The position numbers were made by a program, and so were the translations under genes. Positions 1-13,719 of a DNA stretch of 64,000 nt are shown piece by piece (position 1 is the first letter of the stretch; the number at the start of each line of letters is the position of its first letter). The stretch covers positions 303,019 to 367,018 of the forward strand of contig CAXHJY010000343.1 of the NCBI GenBank assembly GCA_964016885.1. The letters are read 5' to 3'. The notes beneath the pieces were generated by a model. It saw only the letters and a list, made by a program, of their open reading frames with translations, searched no databases and was not told where the DNA came from. The stretch comes from Eledone cirrhosa (taxonomy: Eukaryota).

Positions 1-436
1 ATTCTGCTATAGGAACCAGATCATCAGTATAGAGAAGTTCCCATGGACAGCCAGTCTTAAACTCCTCTGCTATGGCTTGGAGGACTATAATGAACAAGAG
101 CAGGCTGAGGACCGAACCTTGATGTACTCCTACTTGTATCTTGAATTCCTCACTAAACTCCATTCCTACCCTGACTTTACTGACAACACCTCTGTACAAA
201 GTTTGCACTGTCCTCACAAGCCATTCCTCAACACCTAGTTTCCTTAGGGACCACCATGACAGATCGGGGTGCCCTATCAAAGGCCTTCTCTAAGTCAACA
301 AAGGCTCAGTATAGAGTATAGTGGCTTATTCATCTCTAAGAACCTCTCTTGTAATTGTCTCACCAAGAAGAGGGCATCTGTTGTACTCTTCCCAGGCACA
401 AAACCAAACTGCATCTCATCTAGTTTAACCCTTTCA
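1..436 (-). mobile_element. RTE-clade LINE RT fragment (decayed)
   Basis: Reverse strand reads the [19 protein letters not shown] and CPWELLY-DDL motifs; highly similar inverted counterpart at 6010-6540. Confidence 0.85.
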
Positions 437-482
437 TAACCTGATTACCACTTTCATAACCTGATCCACATATATATATATA

Positions 483-1746
483 TGTCTAAGACTAAAGTCC
501 TAGTTTGTAGAAAGGAAAATAGGGCACAGGTACCCCCAGGGAAATGGCCATGCTCAGTGTGTAGGAAAGGAGTAGGCAGAAATTCCATTTTATGTCCCAA
601 ATGCAATGTATGGGTACATAAAAGATGTAGTGGGATCACAGGTAAACTATCTAAGAACGTAGACTTTATATGTGGCCGATGCTCAGGTGCAATAAGTAGC
701 AAGTGTCCACAGGATACTAGCTCCTTTTATTGCCCAGATGGTTCTATAGAAATAGTAGACACTTTCCGTTACCTGGGTGACGAAATCAGCAGTGGTGGAG
801 GGTGCTCTGAAAGTACAATAGCCAGAGTCAGAACGGGATGGAAAGAGTTCAGAGAGCTTATACCACTATTGGCCGCTAAAGGTTTCTCTCTAAAAATGAA
901 AGGCATATTGTATGATGCTTGTATATGACCAGCAATGCTACATGGCAGTGAGACACGGGCATTGTGTGAAGAGGACCTGCGTAGACTGGAAAGGGACGAA
1001 GCATGCATGCTCCGTTGGATGTGTAATAGTAATATACGTGAACGGCAAAGCATAAATGAACTAAGTCAGAAATAAGGAAAAAGAGGGATCAGATGTGTTT
1101 ACTCGAGAGAAGACTACGTTGGTATGACCACGTGATGCGCATGCAAGACGACAGCTGCATAAAAAAGTGCAGGGCGATCAAAATTGATGGTAGTTACGGA
1201 GTAGGTAGACCCAGAAAAACCTGGGACGATCTGATAAATTCCGACCTCACACACTTGCACCTCTCTAAGACAATGTCACTGGACCGAGATCCTTGACGCT
1301 ACGCAGTAATACAGAAGACCCGCCTTCCCTATGTACACAGTGAAACCTACAGTCAGTAGGCACCTCTTAACCAAATATACACCCCAATCCACTACCCCTA
1401 CCCTATCCTCCCACTACCACCAACACCACCCTCTCTCTATAAAGTTGGTACCACAACATCCAGTCCAAATAAATGAGATAATGAGATCGAGATCGTGTAG
1501 GTATCCTAAAAAAAACACACAGTCCACGCTGTAATGTGGTTATGTAGGTAACACGGTAAAAAGTTCCCAGTTCCACACTGTAAATGTGGTTAGTCTTAGG
1601 AAGGGCATCCAGCCGTAGAAAACCTGCCAGATAGTCCTATATGAGCGAGACACGGTCACCCGACCAACCTTGCCTCAAGTGGGACAACTCCCGTCTAATC
1701 CATGCTAGCGTGGAAAATGGATGTTAAACGAAGATGATGATGATGA
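483..1746 (+). mobile_element. RTE LINE 3' portion (PHD-like finger, thumb, 3'UTR, (GAT)n tail)
   Basis: ORF 482-928 has KTKVL, CSVC..CPKC..HKRC..CGRC and FRYLG; ERRLRWY downstream; ends ccatgctagcgtggaaaatggatgttaaacgaagatgatgatg; flanked by (TA)n. Confidence 0.9.
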
Positions 1747-1821
1747 TACATACACATATATATATATATATATATACATATATATACATATATATATACA
1801 TATACATTTGTATATATATAC

Positions 1822-2630
1822 ATATATACATGGCTTGTATAGCTCTCATAAGCGTTTCATCTACACCTAGTTTTCTAAGAGCCCACCAGATAATGGAGCG
1901 GAGGTCTCTGTCAAAGGCTTTCTCCAGGTCTACAAAAGCTAAGTAGAGGGGTTTACTTTTAGCTAGGTACTTCTCCTGTAGTTGCCGTACAAGGAAAAGA
2001 GTGTCTGTGGTACTTTTACCCGACACAAACTCAAACTGCATTTCATCTAGATCAATTCGCTCTCTGAAACCTTGATGACCTGGTCAACTAACTTAATGCC
2101 TCTATAGGTTCCCCTATCTAGAGCATCCCCTTTACAGTTAATGACTGCTACACCAGTCCTTTGGTATGACTCCATTCTGTATTACTTGGTTTACTATCTG
2201 GGTGACCATAGTGTGTCCCACCATACCAGATGCCTTCAACATCTCAGCAACTATCTCCGAAGGCCCAGCTGCCTTGCCTGTCTTCATATCTTTGATTGCC
2301 TTACTTACTATACTACCTTTAACTTGCACCGCTGGTCCTTCTATTGGATCGATTTGGGGCAGACTATCTTTTACCCAGTTATTCTCCTCATTTAGTAGCC
2401 TCTCGTAGTGACACTTCCAAGCTATCTTCTTATCAGTATCAGTGAGGCTAAGTACACCATCATCATTACAGACTCACTTCTCCCCGACAATATCACGATT
2501 TTCCTTGACACATTGCCTAGCAATCCTGAGCACCTCACGTTTTTGGTCCTCTTGTTGTAGAAAATGCTTGATCTTTCTATCCTCTGCTTCCCCCTTTGCA
2601 AGGTACACTTGTCTCCTAGCTTCTCTCCAT
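1822..2630 (-). mobile_element. RTE LINE internal RT fragment
   Basis: ORFs 1724-2041, 2138-2329 and 2474-2683 match the RTE ORF at 43667 ([31 protein letters not shown]). Confidence 0.88.
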
Positions 2631-3102
2631 AAAAGAACTAGAGAACAAGTGACCCTCTGCATATGTAGGAAAGGAGTAGGCATAAACTGTACACAATGAT
2701 AGCTTCTTGCTATCTAGGTGGAGAGAAATGGAGCAACCATGCTTCGTTGGATGTGCAACGTAAATGTGAGAGGAAGGCACAGCTTGGATAAATTGAGGAA
2801 GAATTTGGACTTCAGAGGAAACCTAAGTGGTGTGCAAGAAAGAAGAATGCTTTTGTAGGGATATGTGATATCCATGGATGGTGATCACTGGTTAAAGAAG
2901 TGCCAGGTAATATCAAAGGAGGGAAACGATAGTAGAGGTAGACCAAGGAAGACCAGGATAGATGTGGTGAGAGCTGATCTCAAATTGCTGAGACTCAAAG
3001 AGGAGATAACGAAGGAACAAGCGAGTGGGGAGATGTTGTGCTTAAAAGAGCCCATCCAACCCATGCCAGGAGTGAAAAACGGGCGTAAAATTATGATGAT
3101 GT
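2631..3102 (+). mobile_element. Older, deleted RTE LINE 3' end
   Basis: CICRKGVGINC, MLRWMC-like segment, GRPRKT, cccatgcc...gatgatg tail. Confidence 0.75.
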
Positions 3103-3162
3103 AGATCAAGTAAATTATATCAAAATAGATTTAGACTAAAACGAACAAAACTTCCCTGAAAA

Positions 3163-3480
3163 AACAACAAGGTACAGCTAAATATAAACTATATTATATA
3201 ATGTAAGGTAGTGAACCACATAATTAAATAGACGGAGGTAATTTAAATGATAAATATATCTTTAATTTACTTAAAGCAACAACAAGGTACAGTTAAATAT
3301 AAACTATATTTTATAATGTAAGGTAGTGAACCACATAATTAAATAGACAGAGGTAATTTAGATAATAAATATATCTTTAATTTACTTAAAGCAATAACAA
3401 GGTACAGCTAAATATAAACTATATTTTATAATGTAAGGTAGTGAACCACATAATTAAATAGACGGAGGTATTTAAATAAT
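3163..3480. repeat. 115-bp tandem repeat, ~2.8 copies
   Basis: ggtacag recurs at 3171, 3286 and 3401 with near-identical intervening sequence. Confidence 0.95.
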
Positions 3481-4107
3481 AAAGACAGTCATGATAACAA
3501 TATATTTTATATCACATGTAACAGTGGAATCTGGTTAATTACTGGATCGTTGTAGGGGTCACATAATTATATTATTTACACACATTAATATAGACATTAA
3601 GTAAATCTTTGTCAACTTACCTCCTTCACATATAATCAATGTGTTGTGTTGTTAGTTGTTACTAGACAACCAAAGAAATAATCTCTTTGTTATCAAATTA
3701 GAAGTTTCAATGTCATCAGCTTTATTTCACGACATTAACGTTGGTGTATCTTCTTCATCTTTAGTCATAAATTGATATCTTGTCAGAATGAAGTAGTGAG
3801 GCTGACTTTATGTCTTTAGCTACAGATTTGATAGGAAATATATATATATTAGGTTGATATCTGGTCTAAAATATATATATTGTCTATAAATGACTGATAG
3901 CAGATGTTCTGATGAAATAGTAGTTTTACTACTACAGATTGTAATGGAACTCTTAGTAGACACAATTGTAAAGTAAGAATAGATATGACAGTGTAAGATA
4001 TGACAGTGTAAGACTGATGTCCGGGAGAAAAAACTGTGTATATATATATATATAATTGTTACACAAGATATAATTAGATTGAGAAGGCAACAGGTACTCG
4101 ATGTCGT

Positions 4108-4185
4108 TGGAAATGATTTAACTCCCTTACCGGTGTCATTAATTAAAAGTCCCTGATATAATTTAATACATTCAGACAGTTCCAA
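4108..4185 (-). other. Diverged homolog of the putative non-coding first exon of the ZNF paralogs
   Basis: accggtgtcat..ttaaaagtccc..ataatttaatacattcaga is shared with 19695-19745, 32030-32075 and 35505-35555; minus strand has a ccg|gtaagg donor-like site. Confidence 0.5.
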
Positions 4186-4918
4186 TCGTATTTAACCGAT
4201 AGTAAATGAAAAGGTATCACTCAGTAAAATATCAATTATATATCAATGTAGTGTCTCTGACTGCTAGAAATAGCAGTGAAATTATCCATTACAGACTTTT
4301 CTTTCTTTAAACTCTTACGTTTAGTAGATGTTTGTGTTGAGAATGTGTGTATTTGTGTATTGTATGACGGAAGTCACCATTGAAGATGTTAAAAGCAATG
4401 TTGTGGAAAATAGCATAGTACGACTTTATAATTGTTTATATATAATTTATTTACAGATTAGAAAGGTTAGAAGAATGTCTCTTGAGAGGATAGTTAATGT
4501 TATCAATAAAAAGGTTATAAAGATTTAAAGACATACGGTCAAATGGCTGAGGCGTTAGCCAGACCTGTAGTGATATCTGTTGCTACATATTGTCTATGCT
4601 TGAGGAAGGAAAGCAAGAGATGTTTACCTTCACGGTGTCGAGCTGCAAGAGAGAGAGTTTCGAATCTCCGCGGGAATTTTTCCTTCTGGGCGGAGGTCGA
4701 GATACATTTTCCTTCACTGGTAGTGATTGGTTGAACTGAGCCAAACAATGCACAGAGAATGTATCCATGAGCCCTCGGTATGTAAGTCACTACAATACCC
4801 TCCATTTAGTCTGCAAGATGATATATAAGATTGAATCAGCAGAAAAAAGGATTAAAGAGAGGACATCAATGAATATATATGTATATATATATGTATGTAT
4901 ATATGATATATATATGTA

Positions 4919-5876
4919 CAGGTGTGGACGATATTTGGTCGCAATTTTCAACTACTAATTTTATGCAAACTTCTTTTACTTCCGTTGTCACTCTTGTCCT
5001 CATAAAAACAGTGACTATATTTCCATAATTTATTTTCAGAATAATTGATTATGAATAATTTTGAACCTCCAAATTTGTGGAAGAGACACGGAGTTCTTCT
5101 TGGAATCCGCGCCGGGAGGGCAAATAAGACCAGAAGATCAACTCCCAGAACAACAGGTGGCTCGCTGTCTCATCCAAAGACGTGCCCAGAGTCATGCAGA
5201 TAAAGTTTCGACCGACAACATTGGTCTTAGGTGTCGTCAGCAGTCAAGGTGACGTAATGCCACATGACTGCTTCCCTGAGGGTCTCAAGCTGAACACCGA
5301 TGGCTACATTCGCGTTCTGAGCGAGGTAGTAAAGCCCTGGATCAACCAGGTAGGGCATACGTGGAAATGATTTAACTCCCTTACCGGTGTCATTAGTTAA
5401 AAGTCCCTGATATAATTTAATACATTCAGACAGTTCCATAGTTTTCATACGTGTGGCTGCAAGACTCAGCGCCCTGCCATACCAGCCAAAAGGTCCAAGC
5501 CTGGCTGTCAGAGAACTTCATCGACCTCACCTCCCCTGACATCTGCCCTCCCAGCTTACCTGACTGCAATCCTTTCGACTTCTTTGTGTGACGCACAGTG
5601 GGATGAGACACCAACAGATCCAGCTGCAATACGAAAGACGATCTGAAGGCCAGGATCACAAGTGCCTTTAGGGGCCTAAGTTAGGGGACAGTGACGAAGG
5701 CCTTTAGCCGGTTTCGAGGCTGTCATCAAAGCCAATGGCAGGGTTATCGAGTGAGATTGAAAGAACAAGTCATGAAGACAAACTGACCCAAGTTTGATAA
5801 ATAAATCTTAAAAAACAAAACTATTGTTATTTTTTCCTAGACAGTAATCTTGCGAATAATTATCGTCCGCACCCTG
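4919..5876 (+). mobile_element. Tc1/mariner DNA transposon, DD37D (maT-type), internally deleted
   Basis: Imperfect TIRs caggtgtggacgatatttggtcgcaa / ttgcgaataattatcgtccgcaccctg; TA target on both sides; transposase remnants VLGVVSSQGDVM..VVKPWI and YVWLQDSAPCH..PPSLPDCNPFDFF with 37 residues between the last two Asp. Confidence 0.9.
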
Positions 5877-5967
5877 TATATATACATATATAATATATGA
5901 TATATAATATATATATACTTTGTTCATACTGCCTCTCTGTTTTGTTCCCGTTCAATTTTTCACTATA

Positions 5968-5998
<31 letters not shown>

Positions 5999-6009
5999 GT
6001 GTGTATATA

Positions 6010-7212
6010 TAAAAAGGGGATGCTCTGGAGAGGAACAATTATAGGGGTATGAAACTGATGGATCGGGTTATGAAGTGGCAGAAAGGATATTAACACAACT
6101 AATTAGAGAAAGGGTCAAACTAGATGAAATGCAGTTTGGTTTTGTGCCTGGGAAGAGAACAACAGATGCCCTCTTCTTGGTGAGACAATTGCAAGAGAGG
6201 TTCTTAGAGAAGAATAAGTCACTATACTTAGCCTTTGTTGACCTAGAGAAGGCCTTTTGATAGGGTGCCCCGATCTGACATCTGATGGTCCCTAAGGAAA
6301 CTAGGTGTTGAGGAATGGCTTGTAAGGACAGTGCAAACTATGTACATGGTGCTGTCAGTAAAGTCAGGGTAGGAATGGAGTTTAGTGAGGAATTCCAGAT
6401 ATAAGTAGGAGTACATCAAGGTTCGGTCCTCAGCCTGCTCTTGTTCATTATAGTCCTCCAAGCCATAACAGAGGAGTTTAAGACTGGCTGTCCATGGGAA
6501 CTTCTCTATGCTGACGATCTGGTTCTTATAGCAGAATCAGTAGAGGAGCTAGAGAATAAATTCTGGCTATGGAAACAGCAGTTGGAAGCAAGAGGACTGA
6601 GGGTGAACCTAGCTAATACAAAAGTGTTGATGAGTAGAAAAGAGGACAAAACCCTCATTCCGTCAGGGAAATGGCCATGTTCGATATGCAGAAAAGGAAC
6701 TGGCATAAATTCTATAAAATGCGCACAATGCAGATCCTGGGTACACAAGAGATGTAGCAGGATAGCAGGCAAACTAACAGGTAGGGAGAAATATGTATGC
6801 AGTAGATGTACAGGGAAATTAGACAGTAGAAGTCGCAGTGATAGACACCTTTTTCAAATGTAGGAGGGTGCTATAGAAGTGGTGGATAGCTTCCGGTACC
6901 TATGAGATCAGATTAGCATGGGATGAGGGTGTTCCGAGGCCATAGTGTCGAGAATAAGGACGGGTTGGAAGAAGTTTAGGGAGCTGCTTCCTCTGCTGAC
7001 GAAGAAGGGTTTCTCCCTGCGTACGAAAGGCTGGTTGTATGATGCCTGTGTGAGGAGCGCGATGCTCCATGGTAGTGAGACATGGGCAGCAACTACAGAG
7101 GAATTACCTACAGAAGACTGTGACAAGTGGAGAGATGCTGTGCTGAATAGGACCCCACCCCCCCTTGCAAGCAGAGAAAAGTGCACGTAAAATGATGATA
7201 ATGATGATGATG
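6010..7212 (+). mobile_element. RTE LINE RT-to-3'-end fragment (decayed)
   Basis: ORFs 6075-6260, 6441-6863 (ELLYADD, PHD-like Cys cluster) and 6945-7190; (GAT)n tail. Confidence 0.9.
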
Positions 7213-7379
7213 AACATAAGCATAACAAAAGTCTATAAAAGCTAGTGCATGGATCAAATATAAATTTAAGAATGTAAAAATACATCTTCAAAGTATATTT
7301 TTAATATATTTATAATAAAAAGTTCAACTACATCTTTCAGTCTTAAGTATATAGATAATCTGTTATACTTCAAATGTAA

Positions 7380-7550
7380 TAATTGTTTCTAATTTTGGCA
7401 CAAGGCCAGCAATTACCCCAGTACATTACTGGTACTTTATTTTATCAAAGGCAAATTATCCTCGGCAGGATTTCAAATCAGAGCGTAAAGGGCCGTAACT
7501 CTGTGCTTCAAAGCATGGTGTCCGACCCTCTACCAATCCACTGCCCTAGT
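7380..7550 (-). mobile_element. tRNA-derived SINE (Nin-domain-like family), internally deleted
   Basis: Matches the fuller copies at 51846-52032 and 59834-60026. Confidence 0.75.
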
Positions 7551-7845
7551 CAAGGTGTAATAATAACAATAATAAATATTAGGGCTAATGATTATACTAG
7601 AGAATTATTTTTAAAATTATTAATAATAATTTTACAATAATATATTAGCAAATACAATAAAATAATTAATCAATGTAGAGTAAAAAGCTGAATATTATTA
7701 AAATTTATAAAAAAATTAATACAAAAAATGTTATTAATAAATTATATTTCACCTCTGTATTATATTTGTTGTTTTACATTGAGCTATTGTCATACTTGTA
7801 ATTGGATAATATTTAATATTACCCACATTATATATATGTATATAT

Positions 7846-8133
7846 CCAGGGAGTGTAACACGGAGTTACTGTAGGTTCACCTGGGTGAGCACTCCATCTT
7901 TAGGTTCACGTCTGTAGTGAAGTGTAGAGCTAGACAGAGTGTAATAGAATAATACAAGGACAAAAGGTTAAACCTTCATTACTTTTATTGGTTGGTGACA
8001 CATGTTTCGTTATTGATCAGCTCAAGGTTTGATCTGTATTGATACAGATCAAACCTTGAGCTGATCAATAGTGAAACATGTGTCACCAACCAATAAATGT
8101 AATGAAGCAGTAACCATTCGTCCTTGTATTATT
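7846..8133. mobile_element. Penelope-like fold-back terminus; arms 7948-8039 / 8042-8133, long arm on minus strand running into a TA-rich tract
   Basis: ~92-bp inverted arms; each carries GAAACATGTGTCACC (3' half of a hammerhead) followed by AATAAA. Confidence 0.7.
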
Positions 8134-8159
8134 ATGTATGTATATATATTAACACAATT

Positions 8160-11100
8160 CATCATCATCGTTTAACGTCCATCTTCCACGCTAGCATGGG
8201 TTAGATGGGAAATGATCGGGTGACCGTGTCTCGCTCGTATAGGACTGTATCTGGCAGGTTTTCTACAGCTGGATGCCCTTCCTAACACCAACCACATTTC
8301 CAGTGTGGACTGGGACCCTTTTCGTGATGACACCTACACGACCTCTTTAGTTTGGACTGGATGTTGTAGTACCAACATAACTTTACAGAGACAGGGTGGT
8401 GTTGGTGTGAGGGGGAGGATGGAGTAGGGTGTGTGGGTTGGGTGTATATTTGGTTAGGAGGGGCCTACTGACTGCAGGTTAACTTTACACATAGGGAAGG
8501 CAGGTCTTATCTGTTACTGTGTGGCACCATAGATCTCGATCCAGTGACATTGTCTAAGAGAGGTGTAAGTGTGCAAGGTTGGATTTTATGTCGTCCCAGG
8601 TTTTTCTGGGTCTACCTACTCCATAACTTCCATCAATTTTGATCACCCTGCACATTTTTATAAAGCTGTCATCTTTCATGCGCATCACATGACCATACCA
8701 ACGTAATCTTCACTCAAGTAAACAGCATCTGATCCCTCTTATTCCTAATTCTCACTTAGTTCCTTTATGTTTTGCCCTTCATGTATCTTACAATTACACA
8801 TCCAACAGATCATACATGCCTCATTCCTTTCCAATCTGTGCAGGTCCTCTGCACACAATGCCCATGTCTCACTGCCATGTAACATTGCTGTTTGTATACA
8901 GGCATCATACAACCTGCCTTTCATTTTTAGAGAGAAACTATTTGTGTCTAGCAGCGGTATAAGCTCTCTGAACTTTCTCCATCCCGTTCTAAGTCTCGCT
9001 CCTACACTTTCAGAGCACCCTCCACCACTGCTGATTTTGTCACCCAGGCAATGGAAAGTGTCCACTATTTCTATAGAACCATCTGGGCAGTAGAAGGTGC
9101 TAGTATCCTGTGGGTACTTGCTGCTTATTTCACATGAGCATCGGCCACATATAAAATCTACATTCTTAGATAGCTTACCTGTGATCTCACTACATCTTTT
9201 ATGTATCCATAGTTTGCATTTGGGACATAGAATGGAATTTCTACCTACTCCTTTCCTACAAACAGAACATGGCACCAGTGCCCTATTTTCTTTTCTACAT
9301 ACTAGACCTTTAGTCTTAGACAAGTTAACTTTAAGGCCTTTTGATTCAAGGCCATGCCTCCATTTCTAGAATTTCTTCTGTAGTTCAGCCATAGATTCGG
9401 CTAGGAGAGTTAGATCATCTGCATATAAAAGTTCCCATGGGCAGCTAATCTTAAAGCCCTCTATTATAGCCTGAAGGGCAATAATAAACAGGAGGAATCT
9501 AAGGATGGGGCCTTGCTGAACACCTACTTTTACACTAAATTCTTCACTATATTCATTGTTAATTCTAACCTTGCTGACTGTTTCTTTATACATGGCTTGT
9601 AGAGCTCTCACAAGCCATTCATCTACTCCTACATTTCTAAGGGCCCACCAGATAATGGAGCGGGTGTGACTGTCAAAGGCTTTCTCCAAGTCAACAAAAG
9701 CTGAGTATAAGGGGTTTACTTTTAGCTAGGTACTTCTGTAGTTGCTGTACAAGGAAAAAAAGCATCTGTGGTACATTTACCTGGCACGAACCCAAACTAC
9801 ATTTCATCTAGATCAATTTGGTCTCTGATTAGTTGTGCTATAACTTTTTCTGTGACCTTCATGACCTGGTCAACTACCTTAATGCCTCTATAGTTTCCCC
9901 TATCTAGAGCATCCCCTTTACCCTTGTAGCAGTTAACGATGATGCTGCTACGCCAGTCATCTGGTATGACTCCATTCTATATTACTTGGTTTACTATCTG
10001 GGTGTCCATAGTATGTTCCACAATTCCAGATGCTTTCAACATCTCAACAACTATCTCCAAATCCCAGCTGCCTTGCCCGTCTTCATATCTTTGATTGCCT
10101 TACTTACTATACTACCATTAAATTGCACCGCTGGTCCCTCTATTGGATCAATTTGGGGTAGACTATCTTTTTCCCATTTATTCTCCTCACTTAGTAGTCT
10201 CTCGTAGTGACACTTCCAAGTTACCTTCTTATCAGTATCAGTGAGGGCAAGTACACCATCATCATTACAGACACACTTCTCCCTGACAATATCACGGTTT
10301 TCCTTGACACTTTGTTTTACAATCCTGAACACCTCACGCTGTAGAACATGCTTCAACTTTCTATTCTCTGCTTCCCTTCTTGCAAAGTACAATTGTCTCC
10401 TGGCCACCTAATAGTGTTCTCTACTTTCCCCATCCCACAATACTTTCCAAGCCTGATTGTCTCCTCCACCTCCAAGTTACTCTCCTCCTGCCTATAGGTC
10501 TGCTCCAGCAACAGATTTCATCTGTCACCTTCAGCAGGTTAACTTTCAAGAATTGCCACTGTTCCTCTATATTGTATGTCTCTAATTGCACCTCTTTACT
10601 GTCAAAAGCATTAACTAATATGCTTTTAAATGTATTACTGGCTGTGAGGTCCTTCAACTACCATCTTCTCCTCAAGATAGTCCTCCTCTGTCGTCGAGTA
10701 CGTCTAGTCCTGACTGTGAGGTCACTAACTACTAAGCTATGTAGGGAGGTGAATTCTTCACAGAGGAGGGACTTAGTGTTTACAACAGACACTCTGTCAT
10801 GTCTTCTAGTAAGGATATCGTATATCGGGCTGGCGTGTTCCCCTGATCTACAGGTGATGAAGTGATTGTCTCGTTTTTTGAAGTTTGTGTTACAGATAGT
10901 TAGGTTATTAGCGTCACAAAATTCCAGGATCCTTAAGCCTTCCTCATTTCTAGTACCAAACCCATAGCCTCCATGGATTCCATCATAGCTATCACTATGT
11001 TGTCCTATGTGACCATTTAGGTCACCAGCAATAATTATGTAGTCACTGAGGTTTATTTGGGAGGAAGTGAACATTAGCAAATCATAGAACCTGTCTTTTA

Positions 11101-11345
11101 TTACGTCAGGTAGACCAGATTTGGGTGCATAAGTGGATATTATTGTCACAGTTGTTATATTTAGAATTAGTCTTATTTTAATTATTCTGTCGTTCACTCT
11201 ATTTACAGCAATTACCTTATCTACCCATTTCTCTGCTAACATAATTCCTACTCCACCCAGCCCTTTGTCATTTCCCACCCAGAGAGGTTTATAGCATCTT
11301 TTTTTACCCACAATGAATCTAGCAGACCCACCCCTGCACCGAGTC
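8160..11345 (-). mobile_element. RTE LINE, long decayed copy (APE endonuclease + RT)
   Basis: ORF pieces with GVGIML, STYAP, AGDLNGHIG (APE), EKAFD, YADD and Cys cluster; multiple stops and frameshifts; (CAT)n tail at 8160. Confidence 0.93.
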
Positions 11346-11389
11346 TATAGAATACACACACATATATATATATGATTTCTATATATCTA

Positions 11390-12485
11390 TACATTGTTGT
11401 TCAAAGGAATGGCTGAAACAGGTTGACACCAATGATGTCACAGCTCATCATTTAATGTCCAATCTGATGAGTTCCACTCCAGTTGCTAAGGTCTGGGATG
11501 TTGAGATTTGTTACAAAAAATTACTAAAACCAAGATACTGAGTTGGTATAACTACCTGGTTTGTATGTGGCGTGGTATGTTGTGGTGTGTTGTGGTATGG
11601 TATGTGTTGGATGTGGTGTGTTGGATTGGCATGATGTGTGTCTGTTGTGTGGTGTGTGTGCAGAGTGATGTGTTGTTGTGTGAGTGTAGTGTATAGAGGA
11701 AATTTTACAAACATAGGACCTAGAAGGGTTGTGAGGACTCTACCCCTACAACCCTCTCAGGAATAAATGGGTGAAGAAAAAGAGAAGAAAGTTGTAAAGT
11801 ATTTTCAAATGTGAATTATTTTTTTCAAAAGTCATAATTTGAACTGCCATGAAAGTACCATCAACAAATATTAAAGTTATAGAATTGTTTTTATTTACAC
11901 ATAAATGTGGATATATTGTCAGATATAAACCAGTTAAGGTTTACAAAATAAACACATAAATCTTTTTTTTTTAATGATGTAGTCATAAGGGTGTCACTGT
12001 GGACATTTGAAGCTTGGTGGAGCCCTTCACTCACCAGGTTTGAACAGTTGATTTCTTCTAGAGAATGAGAGAGGAAGAACAGACCCCAGTGGTAGACTGG
12101 TATTGTTTCTTATCAACCTTGAATGGATGAAAGGCAAAGTTGACCTCAGCAGGATTTAAACTCAGAGAGAAGAGAACCAGAACAAATATGGCGGGAAAGC
12201 ATTCAATCTATTGTTTAAAGACTTTAAATAACTGTTTCTACTTTTAACTCAAGGCCAGCAATTGTAAGGGAAGGAGAAAGTTGATTAAATCAACCCCAGT
12301 GGATTACTGGTACTTTTATTTACTGAACCTCTGAGGAAGAAAAGTAAAGCTAACCTCAGCAGGATTTTAATACAGAATGTAAAGGGCTGTAACTATATGA
12401 CACAAAACATATCGTCTGACACTCTACTGATTCTGCAAATCCCCCACCCTCAACAATGAAATGAGGTGTCTCTATAAGAAACCTT
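11390..12485. repeat. ~1.1-kb local sub-repeat with two decayed SINEs; further copies at ~13612-14695, 16072-16790, 25015-26068 and 32862-33175
   Basis: Shared blocks aatctgatgagttcca, gagaagaaagttgtaaagtattttcaaatgtgaatta and gacatttgaagcttggtgg. Confidence 0.9.
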
Positions 12486-13610
12486 GGGCAGGCGAGATAA
12501 TGGGCAGACAAGGCGAAGGGACAGTTTCAGATTCTCCACGCTGCGAGGGCACTGGAGGCTTCACGCGTTAAGCCATCACAGGTGAGGTGGTGGAAGCAGC
12601 CGCACCCCAAACAGTTCCGGCCCCTCTTCCGTCTATTCGTGGTGCTGCAGGTGATGGAGGAATTTTTTTTGGGGGGGGGGGGGGCACTAACAGGCATCAG
12701 GGGTGAGTGGCTGGTTGTCACCAGCCTAGGTGCTAGGCACAACTGTGTGGGTGGAAGGGAAAGTGCTGATAAGAGGGCCTCATAGCTCACCTACATCAGA
12801 TATGGAGGCGTCAGAAGACAAGAGAGAAAAGAAGGGAATGCATGGAGGGGGGGGGGGCACAACAAGGTAGAATGTTAGCAAATAAATAAATTAATGAATG
12901 GATGAATATACAAAAAAGAAAACAGGGGGTTGTTCCCAGCAGGAAGACCCAGAGTTCAGCACGCACACATGCGAGCATGTTAGCAGTTTCTCATAGAATC
13001 TTGTGGCTAAAGGTGAGTCTTTCAATCCTGAAAACATATGTGTTGTTATTGTCACTGATGCTGGAGTTGGCTTCCTCTTGTTAATGGTAGTGTTTGCTGG
13101 TATATACACATATGTTGTTGTTGTTAATGTCACCGCTGCCTTTGTCTTGTTGGTGGTGGTGGTAGTGTTTGCTGGTAAGTTGTTGGTGTATACACATGTT
13201 GTTGTTGTTGTTAATGTCACCGCTGCTGTCACTGCCTTCCTCTTGTTGATGGTGGTGGTAGTTGAAACTGCTACCTATTCGGGCTGCCAGGCTGGTTGCT
13301 GGGGCTCGAACGCCTTCTTTAACCGAAGATGCGGGGTCGTTGTTATTGTCACTGTTTCTGTCGCTGCCTTCCTCTTGTTAATGGTAGTGATAATTGTTGG
13401 TGCTACCTATATCGGCTGTCAAGCTGGCTGCTGTATCAGCTTCTGTGAGTGACGCTCCAATGGCCTTCTTGACCAAAGATGTAGGTCAATGGCTTTTGGC
13501 ATTGTTTGGCAACACAACGGCAAATAAATATATTTTCTATTTTTTTTTTCTTTCTTTCTAATCCGATTCAATATCATCAATTGGAAAGACCAATGGAAAC
13601 ATTGTTTTCC
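12486..13610 (-). mobile_element. Insertion unique to this repeat unit; probable decayed LINE ORF1/gag remnant
   Basis: Minus strand reads CLGCGCFHHLTCDG (CX2CX4HX4C with last Cys as GGC) and NCPFALSAHYLACP; upstream internally repeated low-complexity coding-like sequence. Confidence 0.4.
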
Positions 13611-13719
13611 TGGTCCAATCTGATGAGTTCCACTCCACTTGCTAAGTAAGGTCTGAGATGTTGAGATTTATTACAAAAATATCACTAAAATCAAGATACT
13701 GGGTTGGTATAACTACCTG

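Noticed and set aside
4539-4805. GC-richer 88-aa ORF
   Set aside because: No recognisable domain or convincing splice context; cannot be supported without a database search.
11461-11500. CTGATGAG motif (also ~13620, ~25085) and CTGATGA at ~3909 as hammerheads
   Set aside because: No paired stem II followed by GAAA and no stem I partner.
13003-13452. 149-aa Val-rich membrane-protein-like ORF
   Set aside because: Antisense reading of CAA/CAC-rich internal repeats in a probable retroelement remnant.
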